From the NCBI GenBank assembly GCA_965644315.1, contig CBFFRQ010000030.1, forward strand, positions 496,001 through 560,000: a stretch of 64,000 nt of DNA. Direction: 5' to 3'. Under the pieces are notes generated by a model, which searched no databases, was not told the origin of the DNA, and worked only from the letters and a program-made list of their open reading frames with translations. The number at the start of each line of letters is the position of its first letter. The first letter of the stretch is position 1. Source of the DNA: Caecitellus pseudoparvulus (Eukaryota; Protista; Bigyra: Bicosoecida). The position numbers and the translations under genes are program-made. Of this stretch, positions 63,859 to 64,000 are shown piece by piece.

Positions 63859-64000
63859 ATGGCAGACAACAGTGAGGGCCGGAAGCGCCGGCGGGTCAGA
63901 GGGGATGGCGCCGGTGGTGGATTTGGAGGGCAGCCAGCTTCCAGCGCGCCCAAGCGCCGCAAGCGCTTTCTGTGGACAGATGACCTGCATCGCATGTTTG
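63859..64000 (+). CDS. GARP/SHAQKYF-class Myb-like transcription factor, N-terminal fragment (runs off the window)
   Basis: Translation MADNSEGRKRRRVRGDGAGGGFGGQPASSAPKRRKRFLWTDDLHRMF: NLS-like basic patches, then the R-x-x-W-T-x-x-L-H-x-x-F start of the GARP domain. Not in the ORF track. Confidence 0.8.
   Translation, partial: MADNSEGRKRRRVRGDGAGGGFGGQPASSAPKRRKRFLWTDDLHRMF

Noticed and set aside
1-64000. Prokaryotic operon, CRISPR, transposon, virophage or RNA-gene signals
   Set aside because: Spliceosomal introns and eukaryote-specific genes occur throughout; I saw no repeat-spacer array, transposase, integrase, capsid, rRNA or tRNA pattern.

Overview
Gene-dense, GC-rich eukaryotic DNA with short GT-AG introns, very short intergenic gaps and Ala/Gly/Pro-rich protein insertions. 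It probably comes from a flagellated heterotrophic protist (stramenopile-like is my inference only). About 23 protein-coding loci are visible, in order: a 5'-truncated giant dynein heavy chain with a degenerate AAA1 site, CTF18, a CFAP97-domain/4xC2 fusion, a 4-TM orphan, a TPR-METTL21-type methyltransferase, PPT1, a kinesin-1-like motor with DysF and ankyrin domains, GRASP, a Trp-rich small ORF, TRAPPC13, TMTC, proline iminopeptidase, a ULP/SENP protease, eIF6, a Na/Pi cotransporter, HMG-CoA synthase, CDC20, JMJD6, an HPt protein, an SPX protein, a NELF-C/D-like protein and the start of a GARP Myb factor. The most notable observation is in the last ~14 kb. A 4-exon His-phosphotransfer (HPt) gene, not recovered by the ORF track, lies directly upstream of a stand-alone SPX phosphate-sensor gene, with a GARP-type Myb factor ~3 kb downstream and an NptA-type Na/Pi transporter ~6 kb upstream. 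This is a candidate phosphate-signalling neighbourhood linking a phosphorelay to SPX/GARP control. A recurrent 11-mer (GCGGAAATTGC) marks several gene 5' ends. I saw no rRNA, tRNA, CRISPR array or mobile element. All family calls come from motif recognition by eye, not database searches.
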